DNA of 64,000 bases from an uncultured Holophagales bacterium (GCA_963842525.1 CAWJGT010000003.1:1248001-1312000), one strand, 5' to 3'; counted from the first letter of the stretch, positions 1-9,626 are shown. Numbers and translations: made by a program. The notes: generated from the letters alone by a model not told the origin.

Positions 1-262
1 CGAGGGCGGTCGAGCCGACCAGGTCGCAGAAGAGGACGGTCAGGTGGCGGCGCTCCGCCGTGTCGTCGCCGGACCACGCCGTCCGCGGCGGCGCCGGAGC
101 CGGGCTCGCGTCGCCCAGCGCAGCGCCGCACTGGCCGCAGAAACGGAAACCCGGCGGGCTCTGGGCTCCGCACCGGGGACAGAGGAGCGGCAGCGGTTGG
201 CCGCAGCCGCCGCAAAACCGGTTCTCGTCCGGATTTGTGCAGTTACAAGCAGGACATCGCAT
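1..262 (-). CDS. Double zinc-ribbon plus class III adenylate/guanylate cyclase protein, 5' part (runs off window)
   Basis: My translation from ATG 262: [56 protein letters not shown], i.e. CxxC pairs followed by the cyclase TVLFxDLxGST motif. Confidence 0.85.
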   Translation of the reverse strand, partial: MRCPACNCTNPDENRFCGGCGQPLPLLCPRCGAQSPPGFRFCGQCGAALGDASPAPAPPRTAWSGDDTAERRHLTVLFCDLVGSTAL

Positions 263-335
263 CACGAGCTGTGACTCTTCGATGCCCCGATCCTAGCGCA
301 ACGGAGGGCCGGGTGTCACCCCGTCACCGGGCCTT

Positions 336-549
336 GAGGGTGTTTGGAAAACTCTGCTGGGGGCGTCGCGTTGTTCCCTCACCCCCGCCCCTCTCTCATC
401 CGCCCTTCCTTCCCCCGGGAGAGAGGAGAAAAGCATGATCAGGAAGCTCCTGGGAGGGGGCTCCCCTCTCCCGGGCGGGTGTGAGTGCGGCTGGGAGAGG
501 GGCCGGGGGTGAGGGGCCAGGGCTCGCGCAGGAATTTCCAGACACCCTC
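336..549. mobile_element. MITE-like palindromic element with 15-bp terminal inverted repeats
   Basis: GAGGGTGTTTGGAAA (336-350) and TTTCCAGACACCCTC (535-549); internal CCCTCACCCCC..CCTCTC / GAGAGGGG..GGGGGTGAGGG arms; near-identical body at 32179-32483. Confidence 0.7.
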
Positions 550-1410
550 TTAGAACGTGTCGCAGCGTTCGGTGTCGCCCGTCTCGTAGCCGGTGCGGAA
601 CCACTGGGCGCGCTGCTGCGAGGAGCCGTGCGTCCAGGTCTCTTGGTTGGTCGTCCCCGTCGCCTGGCCCTGGATGCGGTCATCGCCCACGGCTGCCGCG
701 GCGTTGAGGCCTTCGTCGATGTCCCCCGGCTCGAGCTCGATGTCGATGCCACCCTGCAGGTTGTTGCCCTGGGTGCGGTTCGCCCAGACCCCGGCGAAGC
801 AGTCGGCCTGGAGCTCGAGCTTCACGGACAGCTCGTTGGCTTGGCCGGGGTCCGCTCCCTGCGCGCGGCGGACCTGGTTGCTGATCCCCAGCAGGTTCTG
901 CACGTGATGGCCGAGCTCGTGGCCGATCACGTAGGCCTGCGCGAAGTCGCCCGATGCGCCAAAGCGGCTTTGGAGCTCGTCGTAGAAGCCGAGGTCGATG
1001 TAGACCTTCTGGTCGGCGGGGCAGTAGAAGGGCCCCATGGCGGCCTGGCCCATGCCGCAGCCGGATGGGGTCGAATCCCGGAAGATAACCAGCTTGGCCG
1101 GCTGGTAGGCCTGCCCCGAGTCGCGGAAGAGCTGGGTCCAGGTGGCCTGGGCGTCGTCGAGGACGTCCGAGACCATTTCGACCTGCTTCTCCTCCGCGGG
1201 GGAGGACTGGACGGGCGCTCCGCTGTCGGACAGGGGAGCCGATCCGCCGCCGCCCAGGAGGGCGAAGAAGTCGGTCTTGAAGACAAAGCTCAGGATGAGC
1301 AGGAGGAGGAAGCCGCCGATCCCCAGCTTGGGGAGCCCGCCCATCCTCCCGGTTCTCATCCCCCGGCGATCCTCGAGATTGCCGCTACGGCCGCCTGGTG
1401 TCCAGCGCAT
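550..1410 (-). CDS. Neutral zinc metallopeptidase (YpfJ-like family)
   Basis: N-terminal NLEDRRG plus TM helix; GPFYCPAD, YVIGHELGHHVQ, ELQADCFAG and THGSS motifs. Confidence 0.9.
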   Translation of the reverse strand: MRWTPGGRSGNLEDRRGMRTGRMGGLPKLGIGGFLLLLILSFVFKTDFFALLGGGGSAPLSDSGAPVQSSPAEEKQVEMVSDVLDDAQATWTQLFRDSGQAYQPAKLVIFRDSTPSGCGMGQAAMGPFYCPADQKVYIDLGFYDELQSRFGASGDFAQAYVIGHELGHHVQNLLGISNQVRRAQGADPGQANELSVKLELQADCFAGVWANRTQGNNLQGGIDIELEPGDIDEGLNAAAAVGDDRIQGQATGTTNQETWTHGSSQQRAQWFRTGYETGDTERCDTF

Positions 1411-1560
1411 GGTTCTGTTCCTCCTCGCGGGCCCGGTCCTCCCAGGCCCGTCATGTTCCCTAGCCTATGCCAGTGTGATGCCAGCAGGGGCCCGCCTGCG
1501 GTAGAGTGGGGCGTCTTTGGACCGCGCAACCCGGATTCTCGGCAGAAAGGAGGTGATCCC

Positions 1561-1614
1561 ATGAAGATCAGAAGCAATCTGAAGGCTGGAAACTTCGTCA
1601 ACCCGAATGTTTGA
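1561..1614 (+). CDS. 17-aa micropeptide MKIRSNLKAGNFVNPNV
   Basis: Strong RBS AAAGGAGGTGA just upstream of ATG 1561; stop TGA 1612-1614. Confidence 0.55.
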   Translation: MKIRSNLKAGNFVNPNV

Positions 1615-1704
1615 GCGTTTCGCAGGTTGGAAGGCAGACCCGCGTTGACCGCGTATGCTTGCTCGTGTCGTCCCGTGCGGCTATGCTGCGTGCGGCGCAG
1701 CAGG

Positions 1705-1808
1705 GCGCCGCCGTGTCCGCGGGAAGGACTGCGTCCCCCTGAGCTGGTTGATTCCATCTCGTCGCTTCGACGAGCTCTTTTCTGCCCGAGCGAGCGGACA
1801 CCGGGCGC
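1705..1808 (+). promoter_or_regulatory. Candidate structured 5' leader RNA of the ankyrin gene
   Basis: Closing stem GTGTCCGC (1713-1720) / GCGGACAC (1794-1801) extended by GCGCC/GGCGC; inner hairpins GGAC-TGC-GTCC and CTCGTCG-CTT-CGACGAG; ends just before RBS GAAAGGAG. Confidence 0.45.
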
Positions 1809-1827
1809 AACGGAAAGGAGCTCCATC

Positions 1828-3345
1828 GTGACCCCCAGAATCCTGCCTACTCGTACGCTCCGCGCACGGCCGGACCTCGATCAGCTCAAGCGGCAGGCGA
1901 AAGAGCTGCTGGCGGCATTCGTCGCCGGCGACGCCGATGCCGCCGCGGAGGTGAGCACACACTACCGCGGCGCGGATGCTGCGACCTTCGCGCTGCACGA
2001 CGCGCAGCTCGTGCTGGCGCGAAGCTACGGCTTCGACAGTTGGCCGAAGCTCAAAGCCTATGTGGACGGCGTGACGGCCGGCCGCCTTTGCGATGCGGTG
2101 GAGCGCGGCGACATCACGGCGGTGCGCGACATGCTGCGGCGGCGGCCGGAGATCGTCAACCTGGAGCGGCCAGGCCATGGCGAGGAGCGGGCGCTGCACC
2201 TGGCGGTGCTGCGCCGCGACGCGGCCATGGTGCGGCTGCTCATGGAGCACGGGGCTGACGCCCGGCTGGGAATCTGGCCCAACCGCGACGCCACCAGTGC
2301 ATTCACGCTGGCCAGCGAACGCGGCGATGACGAGATCGTCGAAATCATCCGTGCAGGGGAGCAGCGCCAGGCGGACCCTGGATCGCAGGCCGCCGTGCAG
2401 GAAGCACCGGACGAGCCGCTCCTGCTTGCGGTGGAGAGCGCCCGCCCGGAGGTTGTGACGCAGCTCCTGGACCGCGGCCTCGACCCGGACGAACCATGGC
2501 GCGTCGAGGGTACGGACGAAGTGGTGATCTCGCGCGGCGGACCGCTCTACCACTGCGCCAGGACCGGCAAGCTCGCGATGGCGGAGCTGCTGCTCCAGCG
2601 TGGAGCCGACCCGAACGCGCAGGTGCATGCATGCGGCTCGCCGACCTATGTCGCCCATCACCGGAACGACCGGGCGATGATCGAGCTGCTCGAACGTCAC
2701 GGCGGCGTGCTGGACGCGGCCTCGGTGGGGTATCTCCGCCAGACGGAGCTGGCGCGAAAGATGCTCGCGGGCGAGGTCGACCCCCAGTTGCAGAGAGGGA
2801 TGTTCTCGGGGGAGACGGTGGCCGAGCAGCTCCTGTGGAGCGGAGCGAGCGGCGGCGATCCCGAGATCGTGCGGATGGCGCTCGAGCGCATCGACTGGCC
2901 GCGCGACGATCGGCGGTGGTTCTGGATGTTGTGGCGGCCGCTGCCCGGACATGCGCCGCGCCCGGAGCCGGACCGCAAGGAGTATCTCGCGTGCTTTCGC
3001 CTGATCCTGGAGAGTTGCGATCCCAACGTCCGCGCCGAGCCGCACGGCCAGACGATGCTGCACGAGGTCGTGGCGCGAGACCACCAGGAGGGCGTGGGGC
3101 TCGCAACGGCGCTCCTCGATGCGGGCGCGAGGGTGGATGTGCGCGACGATCTGCTCAAGAGCACGCCGCTCGGGTGGGCATGCCGGTGGGGCCGCATCGA
3201 GCTGGTGCGCCTGCTGCTGGAGCGGGGCGCCGACCCGGTGGAGGCGGACGCCGAGCCGTGGGCGACACCGCAGGCATGGGCGGAAAAGAAACGGCACGAC
3301 GAGGTGCTCGCGGTGCTGCGCGAGCATGGGAAAATTGTTGGTTGA
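1828..3345 (+). CDS. Ankyrin-repeat protein with N-terminal 'PDLDQLKRQAKEL' domain
   Basis: GTG 1828 after RBS GAAAGGAG; ankyrin motifs ALHLAV..LLMEHGAD, PLYHCA..LLLQRGADPN, TPLGWA..LLLERGADP. Confidence 0.85.
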   Translation: MTPRILPTRTLRARPDLDQLKRQAKELLAAFVAGDADAAAEVSTHYRGADAATFALHDAQLVLARSYGFDSWPKLKAYVDGVTAGRLCDAVERGDITAVRDMLRRRPEIVNLERPGHGEERALHLAVLRRDAAMVRLLMEHGADARLGIWPNRDATSAFTLASERGDDEIVEIIRAGEQRQADPGSQAAVQEAPDEPLLLAVESARPEVVTQLLDRGLDPDEPWRVEGTDEVVISRGGPLYHCARTGKLAMAELLLQRGADPNAQVHACGSPTYVAHHRNDRAMIELLERHGGVLDAASVGYLRQTELARKMLAGEVDPQLQRGMFSGETVAEQLLWSGASGGDPEIVRMALERIDWPRDDRRWFWMLWRPLPGHAPRPEPDRKEYLACFRLILESCDPNVRAEPHGQTMLHEVVARDHQEGVGLATALLDAGARVDVRDDLLKSTPLGWACRWGRIELVRLLLERGADPVEADAEPWATPQAWAEKKRHDEVLAVLREHGKIVG

Positions 3346-3349
3346 TTTT

Positions 3350-3406
3350 TCCCCCTCTCCCGGGGACGGGTGGAAGGGAGATGGGAGAGGGGGTCAGGGG
3401 GTGAGG
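3350..3406. repeat. REP-like palindromic unit (CCCCTCTCCC family) overlapping the pepT 3' end
   Basis: TCCCCCTCTCCCGG..GGGAGAGGGGTCAGGGGGTGAGG, same family as 31344-31557 and 32220-32450. Confidence 0.6.
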
Positions 3407-4644
3407 ACCTTCTCCTCCCAAATCTTGCACAGCTCGACGATCACCTCGACCGCCTTCTCCATGTCCTGCGCCGAGACCCATTCGAGGCGGGAGTGGAAGT
3501 TCTGCTCGCCGGCGAAGACGTTGGGCGTTGGCAGCCCCATGAAGCTGAGCTTCGAGCCGTCGGTGCCGCCGCGGATGGCCTTCGAGATCGGCTCGATGCC
3601 GGCGCGGCGGATCGCCTCACGGGCGTTCTCGATCACGTCGGGATGGTGGTCGAGGATCTCGCGCATGTTGCGGTAGCTCTCTTCGACCTTGACCTCGAAC
3701 GAGGAGCCGGGCCAGTCCGCCACGGTCTCGCGGGCGAGCCGCTCCAGGATGTCCTCTTTCTCCTTGAGGCCCGGCGTGTTGAAGTCGCGGATCAGCAGCT
3801 TGACCGAGGTCTTCTCGACGCTCGCATGGACCACATAGGGATGGACGTACCCTTCGTAGTCGTCTGTCGTCTCCGGCGACAGGCTGTCCTCGGGAAGACG
3901 GGTGATGAAGTCGGCGGCGATCTTGATCGAATTGATCAGCTTTCCCTTGCCGAAGCCCGGGTGAGTGTTGAACCCCTGAAACGTGATCGTCATGGCGTCC
4001 GCCGAGAAGCTCTCGTATTCGATCTCGCCTCGTGCGCCGCCATCCATGGTGTAGGCGTACTTGGCGCCGAACTTCGCCACGTCGAAGTATTTGGTACCGG
4101 CGCCCACCTCCTCGTCGGGAGTGAAGCCGATGCGGATCGTCCCGTGCGGGATCTCGGGATGAGCCATCAGGTATTCGGCGGCAGCCACGATCGACGCCAC
4201 GCCGGACTTGTTATCGGCGCCGAGGAGTGTCGTGCCCGAGGCGGTGATGATGTCATCGCCGATCCGCTCGCCCAGGTAGGGATTATCGGCCGCGCGCAGG
4301 ACCGCCGTGGGGTCGTCCGGCAGCACGAGGTCCTGGCCCTGGTAGTTGCGATGGACGATCGGCTTGACGCCGGTGCCACTCATCTCGGGCGAGGTGTCGA
4401 CGTGGGCGATGAAACCGATGACCGGCACGCCGGCCTTCGTTGTCGTGGCCGGGATGGTCGCCATCACATAGCCGTGCTCGTCGATGTCCGCAGAGAGCCC
4501 GAGGGAGCGCAGCTCGTCGACCAGGTGGCGCAGCAGGTCGAGCTGCTTGGCCGTGCTGGGATAGGTCTGCGATGTCTCGGTCGACTGGGTGTCGAAGGTC
4601 ACATAGCGCAGGAAGCGCTTGACGCAGGAGGCGGGCTCGGTCAT
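3394..4644 (-). CDS. pepT: Peptidase T (M20B tripeptidase)
   Basis: RFLRYVTFDTQS, AHVDTS, LLGADNKSG, FTPDEEVG, IRGGTDG and NFHS motifs. Confidence 0.95.
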   Translation of the reverse strand: MTEPASCVKRFLRYVTFDTQSTETSQTYPSTAKQLDLLRHLVDELRSLGLSADIDEHGYVMATIPATTTKAGVPVIGFIAHVDTSPEMSGTGVKPIVHRNYQGQDLVLPDDPTAVLRAADNPYLGERIGDDIITASGTTLLGADNKSGVASIVAAAEYLMAHPEIPHGTIRIGFTPDEEVGAGTKYFDVAKFGAKYAYTMDGGARGEIEYESFSADAMTITFQGFNTHPGFGKGKLINSIKIAADFITRLPEDSLSPETTDDYEGYVHPYVVHASVEKTSVKLLIRDFNTPGLKEKEDILERLARETVADWPGSSFEVKVEESYRNMREILDHHPDVIENAREAIRRAGIEPISKAIRGGTDGSKLSFMGLPTPNVFAGEQNFHSRLEWVSAQDMEKAVEVIVELCKIWEEKVLTP

Positions 4645-4833
4645 GGCCTCTCCTCACGCGAGAGCCGGGGCACAGACGAAGACGCTGGCAAGCAGTGCCG
4701 GGGAAAGGGGCTGGAGCGGTCGCATCGCGCGGACCTTAACATGCATGGCTCCCGGCTGGAGCCGGCGGGCACCCTTTATTGTGTGAGGACGCTTCATGGT
4801 GAAGTCCTCAACTTCCTGAAGGGAGGAAAACCT

Positions 4834-5172
4834 ATGTCGAAAACGAGAATCGGATTGCTCCTGGCGGTGGCCCTGCTGGCGGCTCTGAGCGCGATGCCGG
4901 CCTCCGCCGAGGACGTGACGGCTCCGCAGGAAACCGTCCCGGCCGTGGCCGCGGCCCTGCCGCCCGCGACGGCGGGATGTGAGCCGAGCCTCGACTTCCT
5001 CGCCGACACTACCCACGGAGAGGTGTGCCCGGCCGCCCCGGCTCCCGCCAACTCGGCTCCGGAGTTTCTGGCCATCCGGCGGACCTGCCGCTGCAGTTGC
5101 GGATTTCCCTGTCAGACCAACGCCGACTGCGGCCCCGGTGGGATCTGCTCTCCCGGCATCACCTGTTGCTGA
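4834..5172 (+). CDS. Secreted Cys-rich precursor peptide (signal, pro-region, 8-Cys core)
   Basis: RBS GGAGG; MSKTRIGLLLAVALLAALSAMPASA signal; C-terminus IRR-TCRCSCGFPCQTNADCGPGGICSPGITCC. Confidence 0.75.
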   Translation: MSKTRIGLLLAVALLAALSAMPASAEDVTAPQETVPAVAAALPPATAGCEPSLDFLADTTHGEVCPAAPAPANSAPEFLAIRRTCRCSCGFPCQTNADCGPGGICSPGITCC

Positions 5173-5205
5173 GGCCCGGACGGGGCCGGCCAATCCCGGC
5201 CCCGC

Positions 5206-6756
5206 TCACTCCGCGCCGATCCCCAGGTAGGTCCGCAGCTTCTCGTCCTCGAACTTGGCCGCGGCCCCCTGCTCCCGGCCGAGCAGCGAGACCACGAAGG
5301 CGACCAGGAACGCGGCGGTCATCGAGACGATCGCCGGGTTCTTGAGCGGGAAGGGCGCCGTCTCGTTGCCCAGCACGTCGACCCACACCGTCGGGCTGAT
5401 CACGATCAGGAAAACCGATAGGAAGGCTCCGGTCAGGATTGACCACACCGCGCCGGCGGTGGTGAAGCGCTTCCAGACGATGGACAGCAGGAGGGCCGGG
5501 AAGTTGGCGCTACAGGCCACGGCGAAGGCGAGGCCCACCATGAACGCTACGTTCTGTCCCCTGAAGAGCATGCCCAGAAGCACGGCCAGGATGCCGAAGG
5601 CCACAGTCGAGGCCCGGGCCACCCGCACCTGCTCCTGCTCGGTCGCCTGCCCGCGCTTGACTACGCTCACATAGATGTCGTGCGACAGCGCCGACGCGCC
5701 GGCCAGGGTGAGCCCGGCGACTACGGCGAGAATAGTGGCGAAGGCCACGGCCGCGATGAAACCCAGGAAGAGAGTACCGCCCAGCGATTCGGCGAGCAGG
5801 GGAGCCGCCATGTTGCCGCCCTTGTCGATGGCGCTGATCAGATCGCGCCCGACGAGCACCGAGGCGCCGAAGCCGACGATGGGGATGATGATGTAGAAGT
5901 AGCCGATGAAACCCGTGGCGTAGAGCACCGACTTGCGCGCCGCCCGGGCGTCCGGCACTGTGTAGAAGCGCATCAGGATGTGCGGCAGCCCGAGCAGACC
6001 GAGCATCAGGGCGAGCCCCAGCGAGATCGCATCGACCGGGTTGGTCACCAGACCGCCGGGCTCCAGCGCCTCCTGCCCGAGCTGGACGGCGACCGCATCG
6101 TAGAGGTTGCCCGGGCTCCAGCCGAACTGTGCAAGCACGATGAGCGTCAGGATCGTGACGCCCACCAGCAACAGGATCGCTTTGATGATCTGTACCCAGG
6201 TCGTCGCGATCATGCCGCCGAAGAGGACATAGGCCAGCATCACCGCGCCGACGAGGATCTCGGCCGCCTCGTAGGGAATGCCGAACATCAGTTTGATCAG
6301 GTTTCCCGCGCCCACCATCTGCGCGATGGTGTACAGGAGGACGGTCAGGATGCCGCCGATCGCCGAGGCGATGCGCACCGGCGTCTGTCTCAGACGGAAG
6401 GCCACGACGTCCGCGAAGGTGTACTTGCCGAGGTTGCGCAGCGGCTCGGCGATCAGGAACATCAGCGCCGGCCAGCCGACGAGCCAGCCCGTGGCATAGA
6501 TCATCCCGTCATAGCCTTTGAGCGCGACGAGGCCGGCGATGCCCAGAAACGAGGCGGCGCTCATGTAATCGCCGGCGAGGGCGAGGCCGTTCTGGAACGC
6601 GCTGACGCTGCGGCCGGCGGCATAGAACTCCCGGGTCGAGCGCGTCTTTTTGGCGGCCCAATACGTGATCGCCAGCGTCATGGCCACGATCAGGAGGAAG
6701 AAGGCGATGGCCGAGGCGGTGGGGGTGCCCAGCGTCGTCTGCGTTGTCTGCATCAT
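5206..6756 (-). CDS. actP: Cation/acetate symporter (SSS family)
   Basis: FYAAGR, QNGLALAGDYMSAASFLG, GGMIATTWVQIIKA, LPHILMRFYTVP; adjacent DUF485 gene. Confidence 0.9.
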   Translation of the reverse strand: MMQTTQTTLGTPTASAIAFFLLIVAMTLAITYWAAKKTRSTREFYAAGRSVSAFQNGLALAGDYMSAASFLGIAGLVALKGYDGMIYATGWLVGWPALMFLIAEPLRNLGKYTFADVVAFRLRQTPVRIASAIGGILTVLLYTIAQMVGAGNLIKLMFGIPYEAAEILVGAVMLAYVLFGGMIATTWVQIIKAILLLVGVTILTLIVLAQFGWSPGNLYDAVAVQLGQEALEPGGLVTNPVDAISLGLALMLGLLGLPHILMRFYTVPDARAARKSVLYATGFIGYFYIIIPIVGFGASVLVGRDLISAIDKGGNMAAPLLAESLGGTLFLGFIAAVAFATILAVVAGLTLAGASALSHDIYVSVVKRGQATEQEQVRVARASTVAFGILAVLLGMLFRGQNVAFMVGLAFAVACSANFPALLLSIVWKRFTTAGAVWSILTGAFLSVFLIVISPTVWVDVLGNETAPFPLKNPAIVSMTAAFLVAFVVSLLGREQGAAAKFEDEKLRTYLGIGAE

Positions 6757-6769
6757 TGGGCGTCCGCCG

Positions 6770-7069
6770 CTATTTCCGGACCTGGTCCTTCAGCTTTTCG
6801 ATCGACGAGTCGTAGGAACGGTTGGCCCACAGCACATAGACCGCGGTCAGCGCCCAGGAGAGGACGATCACCCCGGCGCCGAGAGGGATGCCGAGCGTCG
6901 TGTGCTCGCCGATCTTGCGGGCGAGGAATTCCTTGTCAACCGCGATGAGCAGGATATAGCCGTAGTACAGCGCGAACAGGCAGGCCGTCAGCACCACCGA
7001 GACGATCCACTTCCTGCGGACGAGGCCTCTGAATTCCTTCGACTCCAGCATCTCGCGGACGCTCTGCAT
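6770..7069 (-). CDS. DUF485 (YjcH-like) membrane protein
   Basis: 99 aa with two TM helices, YVLWANRSYD; usual partner upstream of actP. Confidence 0.85.
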   Translation of the reverse strand: MQSVREMLESKEFRGLVRRKWIVSVVLTACLFALYYGYILLIAVDKEFLARKIGEHTTLGIPLGAGVIVLSWALTAVYVLWANRSYDSSIEKLKDQVRK

Positions 7070-7214
7070 CTCTGTCTCCTCATCAAGCTTTGCGCGGCTC
7101 CAGGGGGAACCCCGCGTCCTGCAAAGCCTGCCAGCCGCCGGTCAGCGCAACCGCCCGCGGCCACCCTGACTTCCTGAGCTCGAGCGCAACCCGTGCGCTC
7201 GTCGCCTCTTCCTT

Positions 7215-8675
7215 TCAGGCACAGAAGGCGACCAGCCAGGCCTCCCTGGGGAGCTGGAGCCTCGCCGCCTCCTGGACCGGACGCTCGGGGTCCACGCGGA
7301 CCGCTCCCTGGGCGGTGTGGTTGCTGTCCGCCAACGCGCGTTCGGTCCGCACGTCCAGGATGACGACCGGCTCGCCGGCCTCCTGGAGGCGGAGCATCTC
7401 GGCGACGCCGATCTTTTCCGGGACGTGGTGTTCTCCGGCCGCTCCGGCCGGAGCTGAGGTCGCGGAGGTCGGCTCCACCATGTCCTCTCTCCGGCACTTG
7501 GGGAGGAACATCACCGAGCCCCCGTGCAGCAGCACCGAGAGCAGGACGACCAGGCTGCATACCGCGAACAGCCGCTCGCTGCCCGGCATGCCGGCGAAGA
7601 CCGTCAAGAGCACCAGCAGCAGCGAGCTGAGGCCGCGCGGGCCGAACCAGGAGATGAGCAGCAGGCTGCGCCGGTCCAGGCGCGCCGGCCAGAGCGATAC
7701 CATGAACACGATCGGCCGTACGAGCAGCGCGACGAGTGCGAACAGCAGCTCGGGAACCCCGGCGACCCCGAAGCCTGTCCAGATGAGCGAGCTGCCGAGC
7801 AGCACGAAGGTGAACAGGAGAGTCAGCTCCGCCGTGGTCTCGCCGTATTCCCGGAAGCAATCGCAGAGCTCCATGTCGAGCACCGAGATTGTGAGGCCCG
7901 CGGCGAACGCGGCGAGGAAGCCGCTGCTGTGAAAGGACTCGGCGGCGGCGAAGGCCGCGAAGGCCAGTCCCAGCGAGTAGAGCGATTCGTAGTCGCGGCG
8001 CACCCCGATGCGGCGCCGCACGAGGTCGAGCGTCGCCACCCCCAGGAACCCGATCGCGACTCCGGCCCCAGGCCCGAGCAGGAACAGCTCCAGGCCCATC
8101 TGGGACCAGGCCGCCGGGCCGTCCAGTGGGCGCATCCCCCGGAGCGCCATGGCCACGATCACGATCGGCAGCAGGACCGCGTCGTTGAGGCCGCTCTCCA
8201 ATCGCAGCGCCAGCCGGGCGGGACCCGGCAGGTCGGGCCGGCGCAGCAGGCCGCGCAGCAGCACAGGGTCGGTCGAGGCCAGCGCGGCGCCGAGCACGGC
8301 CGCCTCCGGCCAGGACAGATCGAGAAGCAGGCGCGCCGCTATGGTGACCAGCACCGCCGAGAGCAGAGTTCCCGGCCCCATCACGAGCAGGGTCAGCCGG
8401 AGATGGCGGCGGATCTCGGCCAGGTTGAGCCCGAGCGCGTCGGTGAACAGCACCAGGGTGAGGCTGAGGGTCGACACCGCCCGCAGGACCGGCGAATCCA
8501 ATTGGGGATCGATCAGGCCCAACCCATAGGGCCCGATGACGGCGCCGAGCGCGAGCAGCACCCCTACCTGGGGCACGCCGCTGCGCTCGATCAGACCCGA
8601 GAGCAGGGCGGCGACCGCGATGACGGCCCCTACGAGAGCGAGTGTGGATAGGAAGAGGTCGGCTGTCAGGGGCAT
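7215..8675 (-). CDS. CPA1 cation:proton antiporter with C-terminal rhodanese-like domain
   Basis: LASTDPV, ESGLND, WFGPRGL motifs; C-terminal VVILDVRT..GAVRV..LVAFCA. Confidence 0.85.
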   Translation of the reverse strand: MPLTADLFLSTLALVGAVIAVAALLSGLIERSGVPQVGVLLALGAVIGPYGLGLIDPQLDSPVLRAVSTLSLTLVLFTDALGLNLAEIRRHLRLTLLVMGPGTLLSAVLVTIAARLLLDLSWPEAAVLGAALASTDPVLLRGLLRRPDLPGPARLALRLESGLNDAVLLPIVIVAMALRGMRPLDGPAAWSQMGLELFLLGPGAGVAIGFLGVATLDLVRRRIGVRRDYESLYSLGLAFAAFAAAESFHSSGFLAAFAAGLTISVLDMELCDCFREYGETTAELTLLFTFVLLGSSLIWTGFGVAGVPELLFALVALLVRPIVFMVSLWPARLDRRSLLLISWFGPRGLSSLLLVLLTVFAGMPGSERLFAVCSLVVLLSVLLHGGSVMFLPKCRREDMVEPTSATSAPAGAAGEHHVPEKIGVAEMLRLQEAGEPVVILDVRTERALADSNHTAQGAVRVDPERPVQEAARLQLPREAWLVAFCA

Positions 8676-8835
8676 GTTCGAGCTCGGATCATTCTCTCTC
8701 CACGAAAATCCGCGGGAGGGCCAAGCCTAGCCCGGGAGCGGGAGCCCCGGCAAGCCGGCTTCAGAGCAGCTCACGGATATCAACACGACGTTCTCTGGAT
8801 ATCAACCTGGCCGCATCCATGATATCCTCGACACC

Positions 8836-9051
8836 ATGAGCATTCGGAAGACCAGCGTCGAAATCAATGAGCAGCTCCTGACAGCCGTCCAGCGGATCCT
8901 CTCAACGACGACCATCAAGGACACCATCGAGGAAGCCTTCCGCGAAGTGCTGCGGGCCGAGGCGCGGCGTGAGGAGATCGAGGCTCTGTCTACGATGCGC
9001 GGCATGGACCTGGCTGATCCGGACGTCATGTCCGGCGCGTGGCGCTCGTGA
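8836..9051 (+). CDS. vapB: VapB-type antitoxin
   Basis: RKTSVEINEQLL..TTIKDTIEEAFREV; overlaps the downstream PIN gene. Confidence 0.75.
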   Translation: MSIRKTSVEINEQLLTAVQRILSTTTIKDTIEEAFREVLRAEARREEIEALSTMRGMDLADPDVMSGAWRS

Positions 9052-9347
9052 AGGCGCGCTACCTCATCGACAAGAGCGCTCTGGCGCGGATGCCACTCGA
9101 ACCGGTTCGTAGTCGGCTCGCGCCGATCCTCGAGGAGGGAGGGGCCGCAACTTGCGCCATCATCGACTTGGAGGTGCTGTACAGCGCTCGCAACCGGGAG
9201 GACTACGACCGGATACGCCAGCGCCGGGCTCTCGCATACCACTCCGTCCCGATCACCGAGAAGATCCTTCAGCGGGCCCTCTCCATCCAAGCCGAGCTTG
9301 CCCGAACAGGCCGCCACCGCGTCCCTGCGGCATGGACCAGGAATTGA
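9039..9347 (+). pseudogene. vapC: VapC/PIN toxin, C-terminally truncated
   Basis: YLIDKSALAR, LEVLYSARN; stops after GRHRVP, lacking the usual DLLIAA..DxDF segment. Confidence 0.7.
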
Positions 9348-9556
9348 TCGCTTATTTTGATGAGCGCTTCCGCGAGATGCGCGATGAGACTGCCCGCCAG
9401 TTCGAGCAGATGGGGAGCAGGCTCGACCGGGTCGAGGAAGAAGTCCGCCACACCCAAGTCATGGTCGAAGGGCTGCGGAGCGACAATCGCCAGCTTGCCG
9501 AAGGGATCATCGGCTTCGGGCAGCGTATGGAAGATCTCCGGGGCGAAGAGCAATAA
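9332..9556 (+). CDS. Small coiled-coil hypothetical protein
   Basis: MDQELIAYFDERFREMRDETARQFEQMGSRLDRVEEEV.. heptad pattern; starts inside the truncated vapC. Confidence 0.5.
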   Translation: MDQELIAYFDERFREMRDETARQFEQMGSRLDRVEEEVRHTQVMVEGLRSDNRQLAEGIIGFGQRMEDLRGEEQ

Positions 9557-9626
9557 AGGTTTCTGGTTACAGCCGGCTTCCGGGCCTCTGCAGGCGAGGG
9601 GCGCCTTGGGATAGACTTTTCGGACT

